Source: Dehalococcoidia bacterium (lineage in GTDB: Bacteria; Chloroflexota; Dehalococcoidia; GIF9; AB-539-J10). From it: 64,000 bases of DNA. The stretch is from assembly GCA_046497565.1 (NCBI GenBank), contig JAWOFK010000092.1, positions 836-64,835 of the forward strand. Direction: 5' to 3'. Both the position numbers and the translations under genes were made by a program. The notes under the pieces were generated by a model. That model searched no databases and was not told the DNA's origin. It saw only the letters and a program-made list of their open reading frames with translations. This document shows positions 39,678 to 48,282 of the stretch, in pieces (within the stretch, counting starts at the first letter, position 1; the number at the start of each line of letters is the position of its first letter).

Positions 39678-40918
39678 CCCTCACCTAACACTTTGACAAT
39701 CTCTGCCATAGAACCGGCATCTCGCTGTCGGTTTCGTATGCAATCAGTGAGTGCAAACAGAGGTGTCTCCTTTCCAGAGACTCGCACGACCCACCTGTGA
39801 TTGGATTCTTCCTGGCCGGTGAAATCAAGCTCTGCCGGATATCCGGCGTCACGAAGCGATTCCGCCAGAGCAAAGCACGTCCTTGCCATTTCTGGAGTTA
39901 AGTCGCTACCTTTAACCAGGATTCCACATTGGCCCCTTTTGTCATTCTCCGGCGGAAGCAATTTCATTACAGGGTCAACATATAGGGCAAATCCGCAGGC
40001 GGGGACATCCTCTCCGTTCATAAGGGGCACAAGCTTATCATATCTTCCTCCGCCACCTATTTTTTCCCCGCCAGCCAGGAACTGAAAACAGGTTCCAGTA
40101 TAATACTCAAACCCCTGTATCGCTGTGACATCAATCTCATAGCTACAACTAAGGTTATCCAATAGCGTAGCAATGTTTATGAAGTCCTCCAGACCGGACT
40201 TGAAGTCCTGCGAAGCTCCGGGGAATGAAGCTCTTACATTGTGTAGAAAGCTGCTCGATTTTCCCTTGAGACCAAGGAGCGAAGCTACAAGCCTGTCGAC
40301 TTGGGGGTTAGCGGATTTTGCTCTGGTCAGCACTTGCCAGTCTCCCTCCAGAATCCGGCTGGTCATCTTAGCTTCCTCACCGGGGCTGAGTTGAAACTCT
40401 TTGAGCAATGCCTTTACCAGGCCGGCATGGGACAGTTGCAGCCCAATGTCGCTGAGACCGAGTCTGCGGATAACTTCTTTGGCCAGCAGGATTATCTCCA
40501 CATCCGGAGCTAATTTGTCAGCACCGAAAAACTCAGCGCCACATTGCCATCGCTCTCTGTTCTCTTTCCCAGTTCCCTCGAAAGCGAAGATATTGGTCAC
40601 ATAGAAAAGCCTGGCTAATTCCTGCTCACCCAAATTATCGATATAAAGTCGGGCCACGGGAATAGTGCCGTCTGGCCTCAAGACGACCCGCTCACCGCTC
40701 CAGCCATCCCAATCGAGGAACGAATACACCTTGCTTAACATGCTCGGGGTGAGGGTTCCCGTAGCTGTAAACAAGTGGAGATACTCCAAAGTTGGCGTCC
40801 TCACCTCCCGGTAGCCCCAGTTGCCACAACAAGTTCGAAAGACATCTTCAATACGGCGAAAGCGTAACATGTCCTCCGGGAGTAAGTCCTGCATTCCCTT
40901 ACATTTCTGGTCCTTCAT
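39674..40918 (-). CDS. hisZ: ATP phosphoribosyltransferase regulatory subunit (HisRS paralog)
   Basis: Class-II HisRS-like fold (GMQDLLPED, GGGGRYDKL), but the motif-2 region is degenerate (FAFEGTGKENRERWQ instead of FRYERPQ). ATGA overlap with hisG. Confidence 0.8.
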   Translation of the reverse strand: MKDQKCKGMQDLLPEDMLRFRRIEDVFRTCCGNWGYREVRTPTLEYLHLFTATGTLTPSMLSKVYSFLDWDGWSGERVVLRPDGTIPVARLYIDNLGEQELARLFYVTNIFAFEGTGKENRERWQCGAEFFGADKLAPDVEIILLAKEVIRRLGLSDIGLQLSHAGLVKALLKEFQLSPGEEAKMTSRILEGDWQVLTRAKSANPQVDRLVASLLGLKGKSSSFLHNVRASFPGASQDFKSGLEDFINIATLLDNLSCSYEIDVTAIQGFEYYTGTCFQFLAGGEKIGGGGRYDKLVPLMNGEDVPACGFALYVDPVMKLLPPENDKRGQCGILVKGSDLTPEMARTCFALAESLRDAGYPAELDFTGQEESNHRWVVRVSGKETPLFALTDCIRNRQRDAGSMAEIVKVLGEG

Positions 40919-40972
40919 CTTCGCTCTATTTTACACCAAGCTATGCCTAGCTTCAATGATTGTGGAACAATT

Positions 40973-41000
40973 TGTCACCTGTAAGGGCTTAGTTTATAAT
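40973..41000 (+). promoter_or_regulatory. Promoter candidate for the NfeD-stomatin operon
   Basis: TTGTCA (40973-40978), 16-nt spacer, TATAAT (40995-41000). GAGGGT SD follows, before the ATG at 41022. Confidence 0.5.
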
Positions 41001-41021
41001 TGGCTCGAGGGTAATGCGAAC

Positions 41022-42329
41022 ATGGTAAGAATCGGGTTCAGGCTTTTCTTCCTCACCTTGCTTGTGATTTCAGCGGTTGCGGGTTTAGGAGGCAGTATAA
41101 TTGCCGCCTCCAGCCCTGCTAACGTAGAAATACTTACTGTAGAGGGCGTCATTGTGCCCGTGGTAGCCGAATATGTCGATCGGGGCATCAGGCAGGCGGA
41201 AGAGGCGGATGCTACCGTCTGTGTAATCGAACTGAGTACCCCGGGTGGGCTTCTCGAATCGACCAGGGAGATAGTTGAGAGGATGATGAATGCACAGGTG
41301 CCCATTGTCGTTTACGTGTCACCGGTCGGTGCCCGGGCTGCCTCAGCGGGAACCTTCATTACTCTGGCCGGTCATATAGCGGCGATGGCGCCGGGTACAA
41401 CTATCGGCGCTGCTACTCCTGTAGCTGCCGGAGAGATGCCGGAGGACCAGCGGCAGAAGATAGTTGAGGATACGGCCAGCTGGATGAGGAGTATTGCTGA
41501 GGAACGGGGCCGCAACGTGGAACAGGCCGAGCTTACAGTGACCGAGGGTAGATCGTTCACCTACGTTGAGGCATTGGAACATAACCTTGTCGACCTGCGA
41601 GCTGAGAATCTGGAAGACCTTATTTCCCAGATCAATGGCTGGCAAGTTATAGTCCAGGGCGAGGAACTTACCATAGACACCACTGACTATTTTACAACCA
41701 GAAACGAAATGAATGCCGTTGAGAAATTCCTGCAAACCATCAGCGACCCCAACATTGCCTATATCCTCTTTTCTCTGGCCACCGTGGGTTTGATTGTCGA
41801 GATTTCCAACCCGGGGCTGGTTTTCCCCGGTGTGTTCGGTGGCATCAGCTTGTTTCTGGCGTTCTACTCTCTGGGTGTCCTTGGTGCCTACTGGGGAGGG
41901 CTGGCACTCATTTTGCTTGCCGTTGGGCTTTTTATCGCCGAGTATTTGACCGAGAGTTTTGGATTATTGACTGCCGGGGGTGCGATTGCGCTGGTCATGG
42001 GCTCGTTGATATTGTTCAGCGAAAGCCCCGGGATAGCGGTACACAGGGGACTGATTGCCGGGGTTACGACAGGCGCTGTCGCTTTCGCTATCTTCGTGGT
42101 TGGCGCCATTATCCGCGGGCAGAGACGACGCAAGGCTACCGGGGCTGAGGGAATGATTGGAAAAGCAGCCATAGCAAAGACACCTCTCGATCCTGCGGGC
42201 ACAGTTCTTGTTCAGGGAGAATTATGGACGGCAACATTGGAAGACGGCAGAGCAGCACCGGGTGAGGAGGTGTTAATATCCAAAGTGGAAGGATTGAGAT
42301 TATGGGTGACAAAGAAATCGAAGGAATAG
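41022..42329 (+). CDS. Long-form NfeD: ClpP-class serine protease domain, membrane domain and C-terminal OB (NfeD) domain
   Basis: Start set to the ATG at 41022 (signal-anchor MVRIGFRLFFLTLLVISAV). ClpP-like block (ELSTPGGLL...GARAASAGTFI...APGTTIGAATP). C-terminal GELWTA...V.V.KVEGL.LWV. Confidence 0.85.
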   Translation: MVRIGFRLFFLTLLVISAVAGLGGSIIAASSPANVEILTVEGVIVPVVAEYVDRGIRQAEEADATVCVIELSTPGGLLESTREIVERMMNAQVPIVVYVSPVGARAASAGTFITLAGHIAAMAPGTTIGAATPVAAGEMPEDQRQKIVEDTASWMRSIAEERGRNVEQAELTVTEGRSFTYVEALEHNLVDLRAENLEDLISQINGWQVIVQGEELTIDTTDYFTTRNEMNAVEKFLQTISDPNIAYILFSLATVGLIVEISNPGLVFPGVFGGISLFLAFYSLGVLGAYWGGLALILLAVGLFIAEYLTESFGLLTAGGAIALVMGSLILFSESPGIAVHRGLIAGVTTGAVAFAIFVVGAIIRGQRRRKATGAEGMIGKAAIAKTPLDPAGTVLVQGELWTATLEDGRAAPGEEVLISKVEGLRLWVTKKSKE

Positions 42330-42342
42330 GAAGGTAGTATTC

Positions 42343-42669
42343 ATGGAATTCTTTATGCCCGCTATTGAAATGACCGGCCCAATTATCGTAAGCATAGTAG
42401 TGGCCATCGCCCTGGTCGTTTTCATTATCTATGCCATCGTGAAAGGGCAGAAGCGAAAACTATCCACCGGTGTGGAAGAGATGATAGGGAAGGAGGCTGT
42501 GGTGCGAACGACCCTCGACCCCAGGGGCACGGTTCTGGCTGAGGGAGAGTTATGGACAGCGATAGCCGAAGGTAGTACAATAGAATCTGGAGAGGAGGTG
42601 ATAATAACGAAAGTTGACGGATTGAAACTGTGGGTGACGAAAAAATCTAAAGGAAAGGAGAGAGAATAA
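42343..42669 (+). CDS. Short-form NfeD (TM helix plus OB domain), tandem paralog of the preceding C-terminus
   Basis: 108 aa. GMIGKEAVVRTTLDPRGTVLAEGELWTAIAEG...KVDGLKLWVTKKSK parallels the last roughly 90 aa of the long NfeD. Confidence 0.8.
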   Translation: MEFFMPAIEMTGPIIVSIVVAIALVVFIIYAIVKGQKRKLSTGVEEMIGKEAVVRTTLDPRGTVLAEGELWTAIAEGSTIESGEEVIITKVDGLKLWVTKKSKGKERE

Positions 42670-43430
42670 TGTGGGTTATTTATTTTGTTATTGCAATAGT
42701 TGTAATAATACTTCTGTCGGCAGCTATCAAAATCGTTCGAGAGTATGAAAGAGGGGGCGTTTTTCGACTGGGTAGATTCGTGGGGATTAGAGGACCGGGG
42801 CTGGTCTTGATAATACCTTTCATTGAGAATATGCGGAAGGTTGACCTGCGGGTAATCACCATGGACGTTCCACAGCAAGAGTGTATCACTATGGACAACG
42901 TTACTGTCAGAGTTGACGCCGTAATTTACTTTCGGGTGGTTGAGGCCGCAGATGCTATTCTCAGGGTGCTCGACTATATCAAGGCCACCTCTCTGCTCGC
43001 CGCTACCACTATGAGAAATGTTGTGGGGCAATCTACGCTGGATGAGTTATTGGCCCAGCGGGACAGGCTTAATGAAAAGATGCAGGTGGTGGTTGATGAA
43101 GGCACCAATCCCTGGGGGATAAAGGTGAGCATGGTGGAGGTTAAGGATGTGCAACTGCCGCAAACAATGCAGAGAGCCATGGCAGCCCAAGCTGAGGCCG
43201 AGCGAGAGAGGCGAGCCAAGGTGGTGCATGCCGATGGTGAATACCAGGCGGCGGAAAAACTGGCCCAGGCTGCTCAAGTTATCTCCAGTCAGCCGTCAGC
43301 TCTACAGCTTCGCTATTTGCAGACATTGTCAGGCATTGCCACAGAGAGAAGTAACATCGTCATATTCCCCTTGCCTATGGATTTAATGCCCATTTTGGGC
43401 AAGGTCAGTGGGTCGGAGAAAAGTAAATAG
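42669..43430 (+). CDS. SPFH/band-7 stomatin-like protein
   Basis: N-terminal TM helix, REYERGGVFRLGR, MDNV.V.VDAVIYFRV, and an Ala/Glu-rich coiled coil. TAATG overlap with the upstream gene. Confidence 0.9.
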   Translation: MWVIYFVIAIVVIILLSAAIKIVREYERGGVFRLGRFVGIRGPGLVLIIPFIENMRKVDLRVITMDVPQQECITMDNVTVRVDAVIYFRVVEAADAILRVLDYIKATSLLAATTMRNVVGQSTLDELLAQRDRLNEKMQVVVDEGTNPWGIKVSMVEVKDVQLPQTMQRAMAAQAEAERERRAKVVHADGEYQAAEKLAQAAQVISSQPSALQLRYLQTLSGIATERSNIVIFPLPMDLMPILGKVSGSEKSK

Positions 43431-43464
43431 TTTTGTATAAGCTGCGTCCACATCACAATTCTGG

Positions 43465-43498
43465 GATTGCAGGCCCCGACTTGTCGGGGCCTGCAATC
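43465..43498. repeat. Family-B perfect palindrome, copy B1 (convergent stomatin/pyrD spacer)
   Basis: GATTGCAGGCCCCGAC tt GTCGGGGCCTGCAATC: 16-nt perfect inverted arms. It shares the GATTGC...CCCGAC...CGGG...GCAAT layout with B2. Confidence 0.75.
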
Positions 43499-43511
43499 TT
43501 GTAAAGTGGCA

Positions 43512-43537
43512 GGGGATTGCTTCGCTCGCAAGACGAT
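43512..43537. repeat. Family-B short copy B1b
   Basis: GGGGATTGCTTCGCTCGCAAGACGAT lies 14 nt after B1. It has the GATTGCTTCGC / TCGCAAG ends but no central hairpin. Confidence 0.5.
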
Positions 43538-43567
43538 ATCAGGCGGGCAGCCATGGCCGGTACGAAA

Positions 43568-44503
43568 TCAAGTAAGAGCAATACCAATGAGCTCAGCCAG
43601 ATTCTGAATGCCGTTCTGCCTCATGAAACTCTCTATTCCTTCTAATACGTTGAGGCCAGTTTGGGGGCTAGTGAGGCTGGCTGTGCCAATTTGGACAGCG
43701 GTGGCTCCAGCCATAATAAACTCCAGGGCATCCGTGGCACAGGCAACGCCGCCACAACCTATCAAGGGAACGCGGGTGACTTGGGCTGCCTCGAATACCA
43801 TATAAAGAGCTACAGGCTTGATGGCGGGACCAGAAAGCCCGCCTATAATATTCCCCAGGCAAGGCTTGTGCTGGTCTATATCAATTGCCATGCCCTTCAG
43901 CGTGTTAATCAGGGATATGGCATCAGCCCCGGCCTCTTCCACGGCTGAAGCGATCTCCTTAATATCGGTTACGTTGGGGCTCAACTTAACGATGACCGGT
44001 AAAGTGGTGGCAGATTTGACCGCTGAAGTTGCCCGGGCGGCAAGCTCAGGGTCGACACCAAATTCTATTCCTCCTGCGGAAAGATTGGGGCAACTAATGT
44101 TTAGCTCAATGCCACTTATTCCGGCTACGCCTTCTAATCTGCTTGCCACAGCTACATATTCGTCTATGGTTTCCCCGGCAACGTTAACAATAACCGGAAC
44201 CTGCCAGTTCGCCCACACAGGCGCCTTTTCTCTAATCAGAGCATCAACGCCGATGTTTTCCAGGCCTACGGAATTAAGCAGACCACTGGTGGTTTCCACC
44301 AGTCGTGGTTGAACATTGCCATCTCTGGGCATCAGGGTTGTCCCTTTGCAGACAATCGCGCCCAACTTCTGTATGTCAGCAATTTCGCCGTACTCTATAC
44401 CATAGCCAGCTGTGCCACCGGCTATTATCACAGGGTTGGGGAGGATTAATCCCCGATGGTGCCGGGGAGCCAGTTGAACACAAAGGTCCGGTAAGTTTGC
44501 CAT
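43568..44503 (-). CDS. pyrD: Dihydroorotate dehydrogenase (class 1 catalytic subunit)
   Basis: 311 aa TIM barrel with DHOD motifs (NPVIIAGGTAG, GLENIG, IELNISCPN, GGLSGPAIKP, GCGGV). Confidence 0.9.
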   Translation of the reverse strand: MANLPDLCVQLAPRHHRGLILPNPVIIAGGTAGYGIEYGEIADIQKLGAIVCKGTTLMPRDGNVQPRLVETTSGLLNSVGLENIGVDALIREKAPVWANWQVPVIVNVAGETIDEYVAVASRLEGVAGISGIELNISCPNLSAGGIEFGVDPELAARATSAVKSATTLPVIVKLSPNVTDIKEIASAVEEAGADAISLINTLKGMAIDIDQHKPCLGNIIGGLSGPAIKPVALYMVFEAAQVTRVPLIGCGGVACATDALEFIMAGATAVQIGTASLTSPQTGLNVLEGIESFMRQNGIQNLAELIGIALT

Positions 44504-44543
44504 TGCTCAAAACTTTACCACTGCTCAGGGCAAAATGAAAGGA

Positions 44544-45269
44544 TCAACCAAGGGGCACGATTCTCACCCTGCCCCAGGCCCCCATCTTGTCGCCTACAAT
44601 AACAACCACGCCGTGGAGTCCCTCTATACTCTGGGCCTCTTCAATTGCCCTGGGAATATCGTCTGCTGCTTGGACTATATTGCCCAGTGCTGTGGCTGCG
44701 GCATCGGCCAAAGCTGCCGAAAATGCAAGGACAATGACGGCATCAGCGCTGCCCAGGCTTAAGGAATGCCCCACCGTTCCCGAAGACGTGCCTACGCCCA
44801 ATGGTGTTTCTCCGGGCATAATTTCCAGGGCAATTTTTTCCGTAAACGAGGAGTGCCCGGCATATATGCCCACCAGTCTCCTCTCGGATATTTTCAGGAA
44901 AATGTCGCCGCCGTTTTCCACAATCACCTCGGGCGAGAAAGCAAGTAAGTCCCTGCCCACCGCTTCAGCGATGGCGCCAGCCACTGCTGCCATGGGACCA
45001 ACACCCACTAGTTGAGATACTCTGGCCATTTCTTTGACCATGGCCGGGGCTTCAGCTTCGGTACGGTAAGGTTCCAATGTGGTCAAGAAGAGAGGATGAC
45101 GCTCAATATATGCTTCCAGAGAGCTGCGGTGCTTTAGCACAGAATTGAGGGCTTTATGCTTCAGATTACGACGGGACCGGATGTATAGGTCTGTTTGCGC
45201 TACCACTACGTTGAAGGAAACTAAACCGCTGTCCTTAATCCGGTGGCGGTAGAAGCGTGGTGCATACAT
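44544..45269 (-). CDS. UPF0280 / COG2122 ApbE-like protein
   Basis: 241 aa. The N-terminal FYRHRI....LVSFNVVVAQTDLYI pattern is typical of UPF0280. It lies downstream of the COG1900 and NIL-ferredoxin genes. Confidence 0.75.
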   Translation of the reverse strand: MYAPRFYRHRIKDSGLVSFNVVVAQTDLYIRSRRNLKHKALNSVLKHRSSLEAYIERHPLFLTTLEPYRTEAEAPAMVKEMARVSQLVGVGPMAAVAGAIAEAVGRDLLAFSPEVIVENGGDIFLKISERRLVGIYAGHSSFTEKIALEIMPGETPLGVGTSSGTVGHSLSLGSADAVIVLAFSAALADAAATALGNIVQAADDIPRAIEEAQSIEGLHGVVVIVGDKMGAWGRVRIVPLG

Positions 45270-45368
45270 GGACAGATATAGAATCCCAACCTCGAATTCC
45301 TAAATCTGGCGCAAATTCAAAATTCTCGTGTTCTGGTCATTTGTGTCTTGAGTTTGGATATTCTTCAA
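45270..45368. repeat. Family-C AT-rich repeat, copy C2 (fills the NIL-Fdx/UPF0280 spacer)
   Basis: Shares GAATCCCAA, TCCTAAA and CAAATTCAAAAT with C3, and the right arm TTTGTGTCTTGAGTTTGGATATTC with C1. Confidence 0.6.
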
Positions 45369-45779
45369 TCAGAAACGCAGTATCATCGCCCGGGGAGGAC
45401 AAGCCTTGACACAGAGCCCACAGATAACACACTTGTTATGGTCAAAGAGCACTTGCCTGGTTCCTGGCTCAAGAGAGAATGCCTCTGTGGGGCACATGGT
45501 GATACAAGCTCCACAATGAGTACACCTGGATTCGTCGCGGACAACATCCTGACTTAAAGACTGGATTTCTACGCCGGTCTCACTGAGGTATCGGATGCCC
45601 TTATCGTAGTTTTCCTGCTCGCCGCTGAGCTCCATGACCAGCAATCCTTCCTGTCCTGGTGATACCGAAGCTTTAAGAATATTGAAGGTGAGGCCAAAAT
45701 CCTTGACCAGGCGGTAGACCACTGGCTGCCCTGTTACGTTGGGTGGGAAGTGAAGCACTATTCTTCTGGAGACAGTCAT
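45369..45779 (-). CDS. NIL-domain / 4Fe-4S ferredoxin fusion protein
   Basis: N-terminal NIL-like beta-alpha domain (IVLHFPPNVTGQPVVYRLVKDFGL...), then two ferredoxin motifs (CTHCGACITMCP and CVICGLCVKACP). Confidence 0.85.
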   Translation of the reverse strand: MTVSRRIVLHFPPNVTGQPVVYRLVKDFGLTFNILKASVSPGQEGLLVMELSGEQENYDKGIRYLSETGVEIQSLSQDVVRDESRCTHCGACITMCPTEAFSLEPGTRQVLFDHNKCVICGLCVKACPPRAMILRF

Positions 45780-45898
45780 CTCTACAAAATCCTAAACTCT
45801 AATTTCTGAATCCTAAACAAATTCAGAATCCCAAATCCGTATTCCCAAACGCCAAAACCGCTCCTCTTTGTCATTTGAGCTTTGTCATTTGTCATTGT
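45780..45898. repeat. Family-C AT-rich repeat, copy C3 (fills the COG1900/NIL-Fdx spacer)
   Basis: AAAATCCTAAACTCTAATTTCTGAATCCTAAACAAATTCAGAATCCC... with a stem TCTGAAT/ATTCAGA (45805-45827). The tail carries tandem TTTGTCATT units. Confidence 0.7.
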
Positions 45899-47104
45899 CT
45901 AAGAAATTGGCCGTTCCTTAAGTGGCTTAAAGGTTATGCCTGACTCCACTCCGGGCAAAGGAGCCACTGGCTCCGTAAGCAAAAACTCACCCTTTTCTAT
46001 CCATTTCTTCAAGATATTGGCAATTTCCACCGCCTTGGGATAGCTAGACAGAGAAGCTGTAGGGACATTCCTTCCTTGAACCTTGATACAACCGGTCTTG
46101 AGTTCAGCATAGCTAACCTCTCCCAGGATATCTGGCTTCATCTGGGGGTAAGCCTCGGAGTAATCCACGATGGGCGCTGAGATACTGGCATCGCTTACTG
46201 TGGTGTAGCGGAGAATTTCCTCGGAAAGTACAGGTATTGGGACACCTATGCCCACGGTCAATGTACAACCGTAGCCGAGCATGCTTGTACCTACCAGCCA
46301 CTCCGCCTTCATTTGCTTCAAGTCTCCAATCAGGGCCAATGTTCCTGCCCCCCGCCGCGGCACACCATTGTCACCCCTGAGAGCAGCGGGGTTATGCTGG
46401 GTGCCATGCCAGGCCACATGACCTGTGCCTCCGCCCAGGAAAATCCTTGTCCCGACACCTATAGTCTTGTAGTAGGGGTCGTTGAAGAGCGGTGAGAGTT
46501 GCCCTGCTGTAGAGTAGTTGGCGTTTCCCAAGTTAGGCTTAAGCACCCCCATATAGGTATAGAGTGTCTTCTCGGAGAGGTTCACCGCCACATTATAGTT
46601 CTGGTAGGCATTTCTGACATTAAACAAGATTGCCTCATTGATGTCTGTAATCCTTATCAGGGTCTGCAGTGTTCTCCTGGGGTAGCAATCCGTCCCGTAA
46701 GCAGCGGCGGTCAGCCTGATGTCCTTCCCCGCTATCAACTCCTCTATGACATGCCCACCGCCGTAGTTAAACTCCCCCGGGTAAAACTTATTCCTGGGGT
46801 CGTCGTCGGGAATGGCGGTTGCCCCGAGGAATATATCTACAGCAGCTATCCCGGTGTAGACCGGAATATCGTTGAGATAAACCTTGCCGCCGCCAAGTTT
46901 TATCCTTGGACTGGAGTGTCCAATATTGAGAAAGGCACCCGAAGAGCACATTGGACCGAAGGTACCGGTGGTGACTACGTCGATTTCCCGGGCTGCCCTG
47001 TCGAGGCCCTTTTCCCTGGCCAGGTTAATCACTTCCTCCGCGGTCACCACCACCGCCTCGCCCCTTCTGATTTTATCGTTAATTTCGGCTATTGTTTTTG
47101 CCAT
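45899..47104 (-). CDS. COG1900/DUF39 homocysteine biosynthesis protein (sulfide-dependent, methanogen-type)
   Basis: 401 aa. The N-terminus (AKTIAEINDKIRRGEAVVVTAEEV) and overall pattern are typical of the DUF39 family, paired with NIL-ferredoxin. Confidence 0.8.
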   Translation of the reverse strand: MAKTIAEINDKIRRGEAVVVTAEEVINLAREKGLDRAAREIDVVTTGTFGPMCSSGAFLNIGHSSPRIKLGGGKVYLNDIPVYTGIAAVDIFLGATAIPDDDPRNKFYPGEFNYGGGHVIEELIAGKDIRLTAAAYGTDCYPRRTLQTLIRITDINEAILFNVRNAYQNYNVAVNLSEKTLYTYMGVLKPNLGNANYSTAGQLSPLFNDPYYKTIGVGTRIFLGGGTGHVAWHGTQHNPAALRGDNGVPRRGAGTLALIGDLKQMKAEWLVGTSMLGYGCTLTVGIGVPIPVLSEEILRYTTVSDASISAPIVDYSEAYPQMKPDILGEVSYAELKTGCIKVQGRNVPTASLSSYPKAVEIANILKKWIEKGEFLLTEPVAPLPGVESGITFKPLKERPIS

Positions 47105-47111
47105 CGCAAAT

Positions 47112-47891
47112 TCAAGCTTGCTTCAGCAATTCCATAGCTATCCGGGCGGCCTTTTTGCCCGACAAAAGCATGCCACCGAAAATTGCCCCCATCCTCGGAG
47201 AACCGAAAACAGCGTTTGCCGTCATGCCGGTAGCCACTAACCCGGGATAGACTTCCCTGGTGTTGTCCAGGATTTCTGTTTCTCCTTTCTCGGCCCACAT
47301 CGACTTCTCCCCCATCACCTCGCCTGTCTTCGTTCGCAAACTCGGGCCTATCTTCCTGACCACGATACGGCAGACTTCGGCGTCGTGTCCGGTGGCATCT
47401 ACAGCCACCTTGCATCTTACAGTCAGAGGGTCCACGTGGAGCTTGGCCGAGGAAGCAGCGCTCCAATTCAAAACGAGCCCGGTTATCCTGTCATCTTCCC
47501 GAATCATCACGTCTTCAACGCTGATCAAGTTAAAAACCTTCGCTCCCGCCTTTATAGCTCTCGAGCAGATGCTTGAAATAGCCTCCAGTGAATCAGCGAC
47601 GTAGTATCCCTTGGCATATGCTTTGGTCGAAACGTCAAATTCATCCAGTATTACTTTGCCCTCTTCCTGAAGGACGATACGGTTGAACATCATCCCCCCG
47701 CCAGGCATGCCACCGCCAACGCGAAGCTGTCTTTCAAATACCACCACCTTTATTCCCTCTTTCGCCAGACAGTAAGCAGTGACAAGCCCCGCTGGTCCCG
47801 CTCCGGCTATGGCGACATCCGCCTCCAGTGCTTCCATGAAATCTTTCATGTAGCTTTCAACGATGGCACGGGAAATAGTAACTTCATCCAT
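47112..47891 (-). CDS. thi4: Thiazole synthase Thi4 (archaeal/eukaryotic type)
   Basis: DVAIAGAGPAGL dinucleotide motif, GGGMPGGGMMFN, and DATGHDAEV. 259 aa. Confidence 0.9.
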   Translation of the reverse strand: MDEVTISRAIVESYMKDFMEALEADVAIAGAGPAGLVTAYCLAKEGIKVVVFERQLRVGGGMPGGGMMFNRIVLQEEGKVILDEFDVSTKAYAKGYYVADSLEAISSICSRAIKAGAKVFNLISVEDVMIREDDRITGLVLNWSAASSAKLHVDPLTVRCKVAVDATGHDAEVCRIVVRKIGPSLRTKTGEVMGEKSMWAEKGETEILDNTREVYPGLVATGMTANAVFGSPRMGAIFGGMLLSGKKAARIAMELLKQA

Positions 47892-47955
47892 TCTCGGTTG
47901 GCCTCCCTTTAGCTATTTGAGTGGTAGTTTTTGAGACGTGGCAGCTAGTATACCC

Positions 47956-48282
47956 CTATTGGCAAGTAATGTCCAGCCATGCGAGGTAGTCTTCACTGCC
48001 GGCCACAATAGGCAAAGCGATTATTTCGGGCACTTCATTGCTGTGCGCCCCTTTTACCATCTCAGCTATCTCGGGAAACAGTGATGCTTTAGTTTTGACA
48101 ATCATGAGGCTTTCCTGGGCCGAGTCCAGGTGGCCTTCCCACCAGAAAAGCGAGCTCACCCGGGGCACAATATTCACGCAAGCAGCCTTTTTTCGGTTAA
48201 CCAGCAACTCAGCAATCTTGCGAGCTTCTTCCTCGCTGCTGGTAGTGATAAGGAGCACTATCCTGTCTGTTTCTTTCATCAT
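47956..48282 (-). CDS. cutA: Divalent-cation tolerance protein CutA
   Basis: 108 aa. The [15 protein letters not shown]....ES.MIVKT....[10 protein letters not shown] pattern is present. Confidence 0.9.
   Translation of the reverse strand: MMKETDRIVLLITTSSEEEARKIAELLVNRKKAACVNIVPRVSSLFWWEGHLDSAQESLMIVKTKASLFPEIAEMVKGAHSNEVPEIIALPIVAGSEDYLAWLDITCQ

Noticed and set aside
45871-45898. Tandem TTTGTCATT units considered as a mini-CRISPR or satellite
   Set aside because: There are only about three short imperfect units, with no spacers and no cas genes. They are best explained as the tail of family-C repeat copy C3.
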